A stretch of DNA of 64,000 nt from the human T2T-CHM13v2.0 reference genome, Homo sapiens: assembly GCF_009914755.1 (NCBI RefSeq), contig NC_060944.1; one strand, written 5' to 3'. Position 1 is the first letter of the stretch. Every line of letters starts with the position of its first letter. Shown piece by piece: positions 14,510-32,843 of this stretch. The notes below the pieces were generated by a model that was given only the letters and a program-made list of their open reading frames with translations, was not told the origin of the DNA and did no database searches. The translations under genes were made by a program, and so were the position numbers.

Positions 14510-17500
14510 TTCCTGTCTTCTTATGTTAATAAGAAAAATAAAACAAAATAGTGGTAAAGTGTTGGGAAGGCGAAAATTTTTTGGGGTGGTATGGAGAGAT
14601 AATGGGCGATGTTTCTCAGGGCTGCTTCGAGCGGCATTAGGGGCGGCGTGGGAGCCTAGAGTAGGAGAGATTAAGCTGAAGGAAGATTTTGCGGTAAGGG
14701 GTGATATTGTGGGGTTGTTAGAAGAAACATTTAGAATTATTGGTGATGGCCTGGATACAGTTTTGTATGAATTGAAAAACTAAACGGAATAAGAGAAGGA
14801 GAAAAACAGGTATTAAAGGTCTAAGAATTGGAAGGACCCAGGCCATCTAATTAGAGAATCTCCTAATAAGGAGATTCAGCATAGTCCTGCCAGCAAAGAT
14901 TATTTATTTACTTTAAGAGTTAAGAGTGGCAGTTTGGAGATAGCACTAGGAGATATCAGCTGTGATGGCTTGGAGAAACAGTGTAAGCCGGCAGTGTAAA
15001 CATATTGTCTAGTCCTTTTTAAGTTAGTGGCTGAGCTTGGTGAGGTGTGTTTTTAAAAGACCTTTAGTCCGTTCTACTTTTCCTGAAGACTGAGGACTGT
15101 AAGGGATATAAAGGTTTCACTGAATACCAAGAGCCTGAAAAACTGCTTGGCTGATTTGACTAATAAAGGCTGGTCCGTTATCAGACTGTATAGAGGTGGG
15201 AAGACTAAACCAAGGAATTATGTCTGACAGAAGGGAAGAAATGGCTGCGGTGGCCTTCTCAGACCCTGTAGGCAAGGCCTCTACTTATCTAGTGAAAATG
15301 TCTACTTAGACTAAGAGGTATTTTTGTTTTCTGACTCAGGGAATGTTGAGTAAAGCCAATTTGCCAGTCCTGGGCAGGGGCAAATCTCTGAGCTTGATGT
15401 GTAGGGAAGGGAGGAGGCCTGAATAATCCCTGAGGAGTAGTAGAATAGCAGATAGAACACTGAGAAGTTATTTCCTTGAGGATAGATTTCCACGATGGAA
15501 AGGAAATGAGAGGTTCTAAGAGGCGGGCTAGTGGCTTGTACTATAGCATAGCCTGCCTTTGCTGGTGTGTGGTGATTAGGCCTGGTGGAACTACCATCAA
15601 TAAACCAAATGTGATCAGGGTGAGGAACAGGAAAGAAGGAAATATGGGGAAATGGGGTGAATGTCAGGTGGATCAGAGAGATACAGTCATGGGGGTCAGG
15701 TGTGGTATCAGGAATAATGTGGGAGGCCGGATTGAAGTCCGGGCCAGGAACAATGGTAATTGTGGGAGACTTAACAAAGAGTGAGTACAGCTGAAGGAGC
15801 CAGGGAGCAGAAAGTATATGTGTCAGGTGTGAGAAAGAAAATAGATTCTAGAAGTTATGAGAAGTGTAGAGAGTGAGTTGAGCATAGTTTGTGATTTTAA
15901 GGGCCTCTAAAAGTATTAGGGCGGCAGCAGCTGCTGCACGGAGACATGATGGCCAGCCTAAAACAGTAAGGTCAAGTTGTTTGGACAAAAAGCTACAGGG
16001 CGTGGTCCTGGTTCTTGTGTAAGAATTCTAACTGCACAGCCCTGCACTTAGGCTTTGGGTAATGAAAAGGGTTGGGATGAGTCAGGGAGAGCTAGGGTGT
16101 GGGCAGTCACTAAAGCTGTCTTCAAGGAACGGAAAGAGGAGTGGGGAAGGATTTAGGATCTATAGGGTCAGCTAGTTTTCCTTTTGTGAGTTTATGTAAT
16201 GGTTTTGTTAGGATGGCAAAACCAGGTATCTAAAGTCGAAAGTATCTAACCATGCCTAGGAAGGAAAGGAGTTGTTTTGTAGGTGTTGGGGTTTGAGAGA
16301 TCAGCTGAACACGATCGGCAGGGAGAGCACGTGTGTTTTTATGAGAATTACACTGAGATAGGTAACAGATGAGGAAGAAATTTGGGCTTGACTGAAGTAA
16401 TGGGGGCTATCTGTGAAGGCTTGCGGCAGTGCAGCCCAGGTAATTTGCTGAGCCTGGTGGGTGTCAGGGTCAGTTCAAGTGAACGCAAAGAGAGGCTGGG
16501 ATGAAGGGTGCAAAGGAATAGTAAAGAAAGCATGATTGAGATCCAGAACAGAATAACGGGTTGTGGAGGGAGGTATTGAGGATAGGAAAGTATATGGGTT
16601 TGGCACCATGGGGTGGATAGGCAAAACAATTTGGTTGATAAGGCGCAGATCCTGAACTAATCTGTAAGACTTGTTCAGGTTTTGGACAGGTAAAATGGAA
16701 TTGTAAGGAGAGTTTATAGGTTTTAGAAGCCTATGCTGTAGCAGGCGAGTGATAACAGGCTTTAATCCTTTTAAAGCATGCTGTGGGATGGGATATTGGC
16801 ATTGAGCAGGGTAAGGGTGATTAGGTTTTAATGGGATGGTAATGGGCATGTGATCGGTTGCCAGGGAAGGAGTAGAGATGTCCTATACTTGTGGGTTAAG
16901 ATGGGGGGATATGAGAGGAAGAGGCAAAGGAGGCTTTGGGTTGGGGAGAAGGGTGGCAATGAGATGTGGCTGTAGTCCAGGAATAGTCAGGGAAGCAGAT
17001 AATTTGGTTAAAATATCTCGGCCTAATAAGGGAACTGGGCACTTGGGGGTAACTAAAAAAGAGTGCTTAAAAAAATATTGTCTAAGTTGGCACCAGAGTT
17101 GGGGAGTTTTAAGAGGTTTAGAAGCCTGGCTGTCAATACCCACAGCAGTTATGGAGGCAAGGGAAACAGGCCCTTGAAAAGAAGGTAATGTGGAGTGGGT
17201 AGCCTCCATATTGATTAAGAAGGGGACGGACTTACCTTCCACTGTGAGATTTACCTAAAGCTCAGCGTCCATGATGGTCTATGGGGATTCCGAGGCGATC
17301 GGGCAGCATCAGTCTTCAGTCGCTAAGCCGAGAAGATCTGGGAAGGAGTCAGAGAGCCTTGGGCCAGAGTTCCAGGGGCTCTGGGAGTGGCTGCCAGGTG
17401 AGTTGAACAGTCTGATTTTCAGTGGGGTCCCGCACAGACGGGACACAGCTTAGGAGGAATCCTGGGCTACGGCATTCCTTGGCCTGGTGGCCAGATTTCT

Positions 17501-17996
17501 GGCACTTGTAGCAAGCTCCTGGGGGATGCAGGCCTGGAGGAATGCCTGGCCACTGCGGTTTGGGCATTTGGAAGTTCTTGTATGCTGGAGATGTGGCTGG
17601 GGTTTCTCTCAGAGTGGAGGCAAGGAATTGCAACTCAGAAATATGTTGTTACTTGGCTGCCTCTACTCTATTATTGTACACCTTGAAGGTGAGGTTAATT
17701 AAGTCCTGTGGTGGAGTTTGAGGGCCGGAATTTAATTTTTGGAGTTTTATTTAATGTCGGGAGCAGATTGGGTAATAAAATGTATATTAAGAATAAGACG
17801 GCCTTTTGACCTTTTAGGGTCTAGGCTGTAAAGCATCTCAGGGTTGCTGCCAAATGAGCCATGAACTGGGCTGGATTTTTATATTTGATGAAAAAGAGCC
17901 TAAACGCTATCTGATGTGGGATAAAGAAAAAGGAGCATTAACCTTGACTATGGCTTTAGCTCCAGCCACCTTTTTAAGAGTAAATTGCTGGGCAGG
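14510..17996 (-). mobile_element. HERV-H internal region, 5'-truncated (partial gag, pro and pol, all disrupted; no 5' LTR)
   Basis: Gag zinc knuckle CYKCQKSGHQAKEC (ORF 17349-17633). Degenerate protease FLINMEATHSTL...PLLGRDIL (16883-17242). RT motifs YRLVQDLRLIN and YSVLDLNHAFF (16475-16849). Confidence 0.92.
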
Positions 17997-18090
17997 AGAT
18001 CATGTATGGTTCTTCCAAGATTGCCAAGGTATCCTCCAACTCTCACTGGTGGTTTCGGGGCTCAATGCAGGAAATCATATTGCTGATTTT

Positions 18091-19711
18091 CTAGTCCAAC
18101 TTGCTGTTCTCTAGAAGAGAGAAGGGGTAGGAATTCAGTAGCCACACAATCTGGTAAAAACATATCCATTTAAGCATAACTAATCCTCCCAAACCCTGTG
18201 GGCAGGGATGTTTTTCTGTGGCTCAAGAGATGCCCACACAAGGATTCTCCCAGGATGTTTTAAGTTCAATGAGCAGAGACATAAATGCCAGATCTCCTAG
18301 GGTTTGGCTAAATCAAGCAGACCTACAAGAGGAGTGTGGGGAGTCTGGGGATAGGATGAAGAAGCAGAGGCCCCAGATTGGATTGGCTGGGACTGAGGAG
18401 GCATAGCATCCTGCTGTCTGTCTCCCCACAACCTAAGAGTCCATAATTTTTGAGAACTGGATGAAGAGGGAAAGGTGCTTCTTAGATCTTACCATCTTCA
18501 AGAAGCATGCAGACATTTCCGCAGAAGACATTACTGCATTAATGATGAATTTGAGATTCTGAGTGTAACTTGCAGAAGGTTCTGCCTATCAGTGAGAATC
18601 TGTGTGGCATTTCAGTTTTGGCTTTGATAAAATTGAGGAGTATATGAGCAGTAACACCCAGGAGGGTGTTTCTCACTATTATCAGCCCCTCCAATGCTCC
18701 AGGACCCACTCCATTGATTTCCCTTCTTCCTCTCCCCAGCGCAAGGATCTGGGTGGTTTTCTTTGTTGTTGTTGTTGTTGTTGTTGTTGGCTTCTGGAGT
18801 AAAGTTCCAGTCCCCAATCATCCTCCCTTCAACAACTCAGCTGCTATGACGTCACCTCTATGGAATTTAAACTCACAGAACCTGAGTTCAATTCTTAGAG
18901 CAACTAGTTCTGAGGCACTTTCTAGTCCCCCATTTTACAGGATGGGAAGAATTGAATCTCAAAGTAGGGAAAAAACTTTCCTTCCACCTTCACCTCTCCA
19001 CTTCTGGCTGAAATGGCCCTGAAAGACTCAGCTCTTCCCTACCCATATTCATCATGCAATATCTACTCACCACCTTACCTTCAATTCTTCTGAAGATTTC
19101 ACTTTTGTTATCCCAGTGGCTCCAAACTTCTCTCCATCAAGCATGCATTTTATTTCTCCTTTTTATGCCCAATGTTTTGAAATACTCAATCCTAATAAAA
19201 GGGCATGTTTCAAGAAATAATTAGTAGTCCTTTCCCAATTTGGTGTTCCTCTTTGGAACTCTTAACTGAGGACATAAACTCCTAAGTTTATGTCCTCCTC
19301 AGTTTATGAGCTAGGAACCCTCCATGCAGGCTCTGAACCTGGTGGAGCTCTTCCTTGGTAAGTGTCCTCCTAGACAAAAACTCAGTGAGGCCACCACTGT
19401 CCCCCAAACACAGATAAAAACATTGCATTACTTGCAGCATCAGGAGATCCTCAAGCCTGAGAATTAAACATTTAGTTTTCTTCAGGGATTCTGACTTTTT
19501 TAAAAAGCTGTGTTTTTATGTTGCCAGCCCCTGGCACCTCTCTGCAATAGGACTGTAAAAGTCTTTTTGTTTTCCACCCACTCTTCATTTTGAAGCCCAG
19601 CCAGAATACATACAGTAATCTGAAAATTCCATTACAGGAAAAAACTCTTTCTTTCCATTCTCCTGACACTGGCAGAACCACAATGCCAAGGAGTATCAGC
19701 AATTTGGACAT
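18091..19711 (-). pseudogene. Decayed three-exon WFDC-family gene (WFDC9/10-like; possibly the orthologue of rodent Wfdc16)
   Basis: Exon A (19711-19636) encodes MSKLLILLGIVVLPVSGEWKERVFS with a phase-1 donor T|GTAATG. Exon B (about 18655-18493) reads ...GRTFCKLHSESQIHH*CSNVFCGNVCMLLED with donor G|GTAAGA. Exon C (18110-18091) follows CTTCTCTCTTCTAG and encodes ENSKLD*. Confidence 0.8.
18763..18789. repeat. (TTG)n microsatellite
   Basis: About 9 units of ttg. Confidence 0.9.
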
Positions 19712-20239
19712 CTGAGTAAAGCTGGCAGGAGACTCAGGATTTTACCAGGCTCTGCTGGGGGTAGAAAAGGGTTCCAGATGAGGAGTTTGGAGAATGTGTG
19801 ACTCGACTCTCACTACCTTATCTGGTTCTGCCTCCTCCACTCCTCTGGCCATCACTCCCTGGGTGGGCACTGGCTTCTCACAAAGTACTTCCTTTTTCTT
19901 ATAGCTCATACACCTCTCATTGCAGAAATAAATTCTCCACACTTTTTTTTAATTTTTGAAATTTGAAAAATATACATTTGAAAAACAGAAAAGAACAAAG
20001 AGAAGTAATGAGATAGTAGTTATTCCTTACCTAGAGATAATAACTGTTGATAATTTACTACGTGTCCAGATTTTTTTACTGTATCAATACATATATCATC
20101 TGAATTTATATCTAATCTTTACCTCTACTCATATATAATCTATATATATGTGTTTTTCATCAAATATGCCTCAGATTATACATGCTGTTTCTAACTTTTT
20201 TCATTTAATCAAATATTGCAGAAATAATTTATTTTCTAT

Positions 20240-23720
<3,481 letters not shown>

Positions 23721-23784
23721 ACACTGATTATTTTATTTTTATCATTGTATTTTTATTTTTGGGATTTTGATTATTTTCTTTTTT

Positions 23785-26020
<2,236 letters not shown>

Positions 26021-26827
26021 TCAGCTCCCTAACTATTCTGTTGATGCAACAGCATCACTGGATGTCTCATATCTGAGATACTGCTGATCTGTTCTCCTCT
26101 TGGTTTGGGCACAAACCATGCAGATGGGACATTAGTGATGTTCCGATGATGCAGTGTCCCAGGTAGCAAAAGCAATAAGGCAGAGGTTGATCCGAGTGAG
26201 GGTAGGAATAGGGCATGGAGTGATGCTCTGGATTCTTGGCCTCTGCACTTAGCACAAAGGAGGAGTGTCTGGAGCAGACTGACAAGGAACAAAATAGTTC
26301 CAGGAGACAGGTGCCATGCTGCTGCTTATTTGGGTTGAAACACACCAGCCTAGATTAGTGTTTCTTTGAACAACTATTAATAATATTTGTTGCTTGGAAC
26401 AATAGTTGTTAGTTGTAACTAATAAATCTATTGCTTACCCCTGCTATACCCATGGGATACACCCCACCCCACCTTCATCTATCCATTACAAAAAAACTCC
26501 TGTGTTCCCACAGAAGTCAAAACAGATATTTCCCCCCCTGGGGAATGCTCCTGATAAAATCCACAGTACTGCAGATGGAGGGCTCCTAGACTTAAAAAGA
26601 CTCTTCAGGGCACTATGTGAAAATAGAAGAGATCCTCTGACTTGAGACAGAGCAAGAACCTATGGGGAAATTCTAGACTCCAGAAAAGAATCCAGACCTT
26701 TTATATCCATTATAAGAGGGAGCAAAAGGAAAAAAGAAAGTACAGAAATTCCAAATTGAACACCAAGTTCACAGTCCAGTGTGATGTCAGAACTGGGGAC
26801 CAGGCAGAGCACATGATGTCAAAGTAG

Positions 26828-27254
<427 letters not shown>

Positions 27255-28869
27255 CCAATCCTTTCCTGTTTCTCAAGGCCATGTTTACATTTAGCATGCC
27301 CCAGGGACCCTACTCTGAACCTCTCACCATCAACTTCCTCTCTACCCTCTCCCCTTAACTCATAGGTACTGACTGTGAGTCCCCTTATGCTTTGTTATCA
27401 TGCTCTACTCTGGACTCTACTTGTCTATATTATAAAACTTATAATGCTGAAAGGCATGTAGCTACCTTATCCATCTGTGCATGAATACCTAGTCCCTTTT
27501 CCTATAGAGAGGTATCAACCCAGGCACACAGTAGCAATTTTATAACCTCCTGTTGATTACTTAATGGAAGTTATTAAATTTTAAAATGAGCCTATTACAG
27601 GTTATGTGGATCCTGAAAGAGTAAATGACCACTAGTGGAAATGAAATCAACTAGGCAAAAAGGACAAATCTAATACTTCTTAAACCGAGGAATAGGTAAT
27701 AGTACCTTTGAGTACTGCTACTTTGAAGGCTATCCTTCCATGAAGGAAATTAAGGACAACTAGAGGAAACAGAGGAATGGTCTTAAGAAAGGAAAAAAGA
27801 GGGTAAGGATAAATGGAGAAGCAAGTTGAGGGCACCTGTGGATCAGTTATGGGGATATGCCCATATACGGGTGGTTGCTTCCTACAGATATTGGGTACAT
27901 GTAGAAGGGAGAGGTCTTTGGGGACCTGGTCGAGAAAAAGTGGCTATGTGATGAGTGGCAGGGATGGGAAGTCAGTGAAGAAGTCAAAGCTCTTGGACAG
28001 AAAGAAGAGTCAGGTACGTGGCTTTAATGAGGGAAGCTAAGGGTGCTGGAGATGGAGTAGTAGAAGCAGAAATCCTAGGTCTGCTTGATTGGAATATCAA
28101 GGCTGGGATATTCTCTCCCATGGAAGTGGGTCCAGGTGAAGCAAGGAGGTAACCCTGTCTCCCTCTCTTCCTTTCCCATCTCCCACTGATGGATCACAAG
28201 GCCAGGTAACCTTGGCCATTTACTTGTCAGTCCAGGCACATCTCTCTCTGGTCAATGTAGAAATCCATATATGAATCCATTTGGAAGTGCCTGAATAATA
28301 ATCCACCTGTTGGGATTGTGTCAGGGCAGGTAGGTATGTACAACAGGCTGAGGAACCTTGAGAATCTACCCTTTTCAAACTTAACAACCCTTCTAGACTC
28401 CAGAATCCATGGATTTAACTGCTTCTTAAGAAAGCGTCCTCTTTGTACTCTCCAAGTCCTGTGTTTGCTTAAACTCACTCCCTTTGCCTGATCTGCTCCT
28501 GCAGTCTCCCACAGGATCCACAATGTGCTGGCCTCTAGAGCTTCCCTATTTCCCCTTGGCCAAAATGAAATCTACTTTTATCATCCCAAACTCTAATGAA
28601 GTCATCCAGTGAAATCCATACTCATAGAACTCGAGATCCCAAAAGAGCCTGAGAGTTCCTCTAGACTCTCACCCATATCTTATCTCTCCCTGACTCTTAT
28701 TCTCTCTCTACTGTCAATCACTCACTCCAGTCGTCTTCTAGAGTCCTTCTTTAACCTTCTTTCCAACCTCTTGACCTTTCCACTATTACTAGTGTCATAG
28801 CTCATAAGTATCCAGACTTCACCATCTTCTCCCTTTTCTTCAGCACAAAGTGAATGCATTAAGAAATAA

Positions 28870-29241
<372 letters not shown>

Positions 29242-30157
29242 TGACCTGACGTTTTCTTTCGTTTTGCGGGGGAAATGTAAGTAAAAGTTCCTGGAAATTT
29301 CTCAGTTAATTCTTACAGGTCTGGAAGGTGGTCTGTAAGGAAGTCTTTGGATGAAGCTTGAAAAGGGTGCAATACTCATCAAAGCAGTGAGTTCAGCACC
29401 AGGCAGATTGAATGTACCACCTTCTCTCCCCTCTTCAGGTCCTATCCTTACCACCCATGTGGTCTCAGGGCTTGGGTCATCTAGTATGAATCACAGCAAA
29501 CCAGGGGTCATAGAAGTTAGAGGTTTATGATATTAAGTATATGTGCATCTCTTAGTGATGGGTGCCTCTTGGAATAGTGAGGAAGAAGGGAGGAAAAATG
29601 GAGAAGGCTGTGCCACACATAGACCAAAACAAGAAGGCCCTCTCTTTGAGGGGCCCTCCTCTAGCTCTGTCATTTCCCCATAGAGCAAAAAGCTTATGGA
29701 ACCAAGAGGATGCTCACCTGGAGACTGCACTGCCGCTTCTAGATTACCATGGGTAGCAAGTACCCAAGAACACCCTTTCCAAATGGCTCTAAGCCCATCT
29801 CCAGACCTGTGCAGGCTTTTCCTAAGATATATCTTCCAAAAAATGGACCTTGTCATTGGTGTGCATATACCTGAACCCAAGCATTGGCCAAGGGGCAACG
29901 GTTTGCAGGTACATGTGGAGAAAGCTTAGAATTGTGGGCTTTTGTGTCTACTAGACTGAGCTTTCTACCCATTCCTCCATATACTCCTCATTATTTTCTT
30001 TTTATGATTACAAAAGCAATCCATATTTATTGTAGAAAATTTTTCAAAAACTGAAAAACAATAAGAAGCAAATAGAAAATTACCAGCAATTTAATGACCC
30101 TGAAATTATCATGTTATCATTTTGGTGTATATGCTCCATGTAGTGCATCTCCATGGG

Positions 30158-30215
30158 GTGTGTGTGTCTCTGTGTGTGTCTGTGTGTGTGTCTGTGTATC
30201 TGTGTATGTGTGTGT
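30158..30215. repeat. Imperfect (TG)n microsatellite
   Basis: gtgtgtgtgtctctgtgtgtgtc... Confidence 0.85.
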
Positions 30216-30510
30216 GACCTACACACAACTAGGCATTCCCTAGTGGTGCCAAACAATCAATATCTTTTATGGGCCCTCCGTTAAACATCGCTGTACTCAC
30301 AAAGAAACATAAATCCAATTCTATAAATATTGGGAATTTTACTGATGGTAAAATTAAAATAGGAGGAGGAGGTTACATCACTATCATATGGTAACATTCC
30401 CTTAAAAATCATCTCTTTATCTTTCCTAAATATTCCACTGTCTTTGACTGCTATACCTCTCTCTCTTTTCTTTCACCAAGCCTCTCTCTTTGCTTTCCTT
30501 CTGGTAAAAG

Positions 30511-30513
<3 letters not shown>

Positions 30514-30556
<43 letters not shown>

Positions 30557-30770
30557 CCCCCTCCCTCCCTCCTTCCCTCCCTCCCTCTCTCTCTCTCTCT
30601 CCCTTTCTCTGTCTCTCCCTCTCTCTCTCTCTCTCTCCCTCTCTCTCTCTTTCTCCCTCTCTCTCCCTCTCTCTCTCTCTCTCTCCCTCTCTCTCTCTTT
30701 CTCCCTCTCTCTCCCTCTCTCCCCCTCTCTCTCCCTCTCTCCCTCTCTCCCTCTCTCTCCCTCTCTCTCT
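30514..30770. repeat. Complex (CT)n/(CCCT)n polypyrimidine tract, about 257 bp
   Basis: Almost purely C/T on the plus strand. Confidence 0.95.
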
Positions 30771-31514
30771 ACCCCTGAATCTGGCCTTTCTAAACACCCT
30801 CAACTTGTGTACCTGTATACTATACTGAGCTACACTAAAGTTTCTATATTTAGCCAAATCCAGCCCATCATACCAGCTCTTCCCCTGGTATATTCCTAGG
30901 AGTGGAGCTCGGTTCACGCTGTTTCACACTTTCCTTGGGAAACACTCTGTGTTCTTCTGCAAAGAGGAGTAGGCAATATGTTTTCAGATTCACAGACAAG
31001 CTTCTCCTTCCACCGTCTTGCTCCCACCCTATGCTAACCTGTTCACAAAGGTTAAGCAAGCAGTTGGAATTATGGAATCTCCCATCTGGTTTCCTAATCA
31101 TATTTTTACCATCAGTATCAGGCCCATACTCATGTTTCATCCCCACACTGCTCCTAGCCAGGTTCAGAACCTCTCTCTAGGGTCTCCTCCTCTGGTAACA
31201 AAAGAATGGGTTTACCATGTTTGTTTCTCATTAGCATAAGTGGTTATAAGATGCACCTCATTTGCTATAATTGAAGAAAAGACAAGTGTATTTCCACTCT
31301 CAGAGTCCAAGGCAGTCCCAAGTGTGACTTTTAATATGTCTCACACTTTCTGGGCTCTGAGAAGGGCAGGATGCTAGTGCTCAAATGACCACAACAATGA
31401 CAATTATAAACATCTCTGACATGAGACATGATGTATACAACTGATTGTACCTGTGTCCTGGGTTTATTTGCAATGCCTGCAAATGAATTCACCCTGTAGG
31501 GAGATTATTAAAAC

Positions 31515-31705
31515 TACCATGGATATGTTTGAACTGTTGTGAGAATTACCAAAATGTGAAACAGAGACATGAAGTGAGGACATGCTGTTGGCAAAATGGC
31601 ACGGGTAGACTTGTTCAATGCAGGTTGCCACAAACCTTCAATTTGTAAAAAATGCAATATCTGCGAAGCATAATAAAACAAGGTGCAATAAACGAGGTAT
31701 GCCTG
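31515..31705 (-). mobile_element. Tigger1 terminal fragment
   Basis: Ends aaacgaggtatgcctg-TA, the Tigger1 TIR. Confidence 0.85.
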
Positions 31706-31709
31706 TATA

Positions 31710-32791
31710 TCCGACTGATTGATGGTGCTGTTGAGTTCAACTGTGTCCTTACTAATTTTCTGCCTGCTGGATCCCATTCATAACTGAGGCATGTTGAAGT
31801 CTCCAACTACAGTAATGGATTCATCTATTTCTCCTTGCAGTTCCATCAGTTTCTGCCTCACATATAGTTTTTAAATGTATTTTTAAATGCACATTTGACT
31901 TTTTAAAATGTATATATTTAAATGTATATATTTTAAATATATATATTTAAGGTACACAATTTGATGATTTAATATACATATACACTGTGGAATAATCACC
32001 ACAATAATTTGTCTATCATCTCAGATAGTTACCATTTTCTTTCTCCCCTTTATTCCTTTCTTGCTTTTTTTCCTTTTTTTTTGGTGAGAATGCTTAAGAT
32101 ACATTATCTTACCAAAGTTCAACTATACAATAAAGTATTGTTAATTATAGTCACATTGCTATTCATCAGATCTCAAAAAAATATTGATTATGCACAACTA
32201 AAACTTCGTACCCCTTTGACAACTTCTCCCCACTTCTTCCTCCCTCCAGCTCCTGGTTATCACCACTCTACTATCTGTTTCAACGGGTTTGACTATATTA
32301 GATCCCACAAATAAGTGAGATCATGCGGCATTTGTCTTTCTGCATCTGGTTTGTTTTACTTAGCACAATGTCCTCCAGGTTCATTCTTGTTGTGTCACCT
32401 GATAGAGCTGTTATTTCTATCTTGGTGAAAGCTGAATAATAGTCTAGTGTGTATGTATGTGGGTGTGTGTTTACCATATTTTTTAAAATCCATGCATCCA
32501 TCAATGGACATTTAGTTTGCTTCCACATCTTGGCGTTTCTGCATAATGCTTAAATGAACATGGGCATGCAAATATCTCTTCAAGATCCTGTTTTCAATTC
32601 TCATCGATATATATCAAGAAGTAGGACTGCTGAATCACATGGTAGTTCTATGTTTAATTTTGTTTGGAACCTCTATGCTGTTTTCCAGAGCCACTACACC
32701 ATTTTCATTCCCACCAACAGTGCACAAGGTTCCCATTTCCCCATGTCCTTGCCAACACTTGTTATCTTCTGTTTTGTTTTTGTTTTATGGG

Positions 32792-32843
<52 letters not shown>

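Noticed and set aside
16348-17633. HERV-H gag, pro and pol ORFs as functional proteins
   Set aside because: They are fragmented by stops and frameshifts, the protease active site is degenerate (INMEA instead of DTGA), and the 5' LTR is absent.
30426-30917. 163-aa RE-rich and 151-aa SL-rich ORFs
   Set aside because: They are translations of the (CT)n tract, which simply lacks stop codons.
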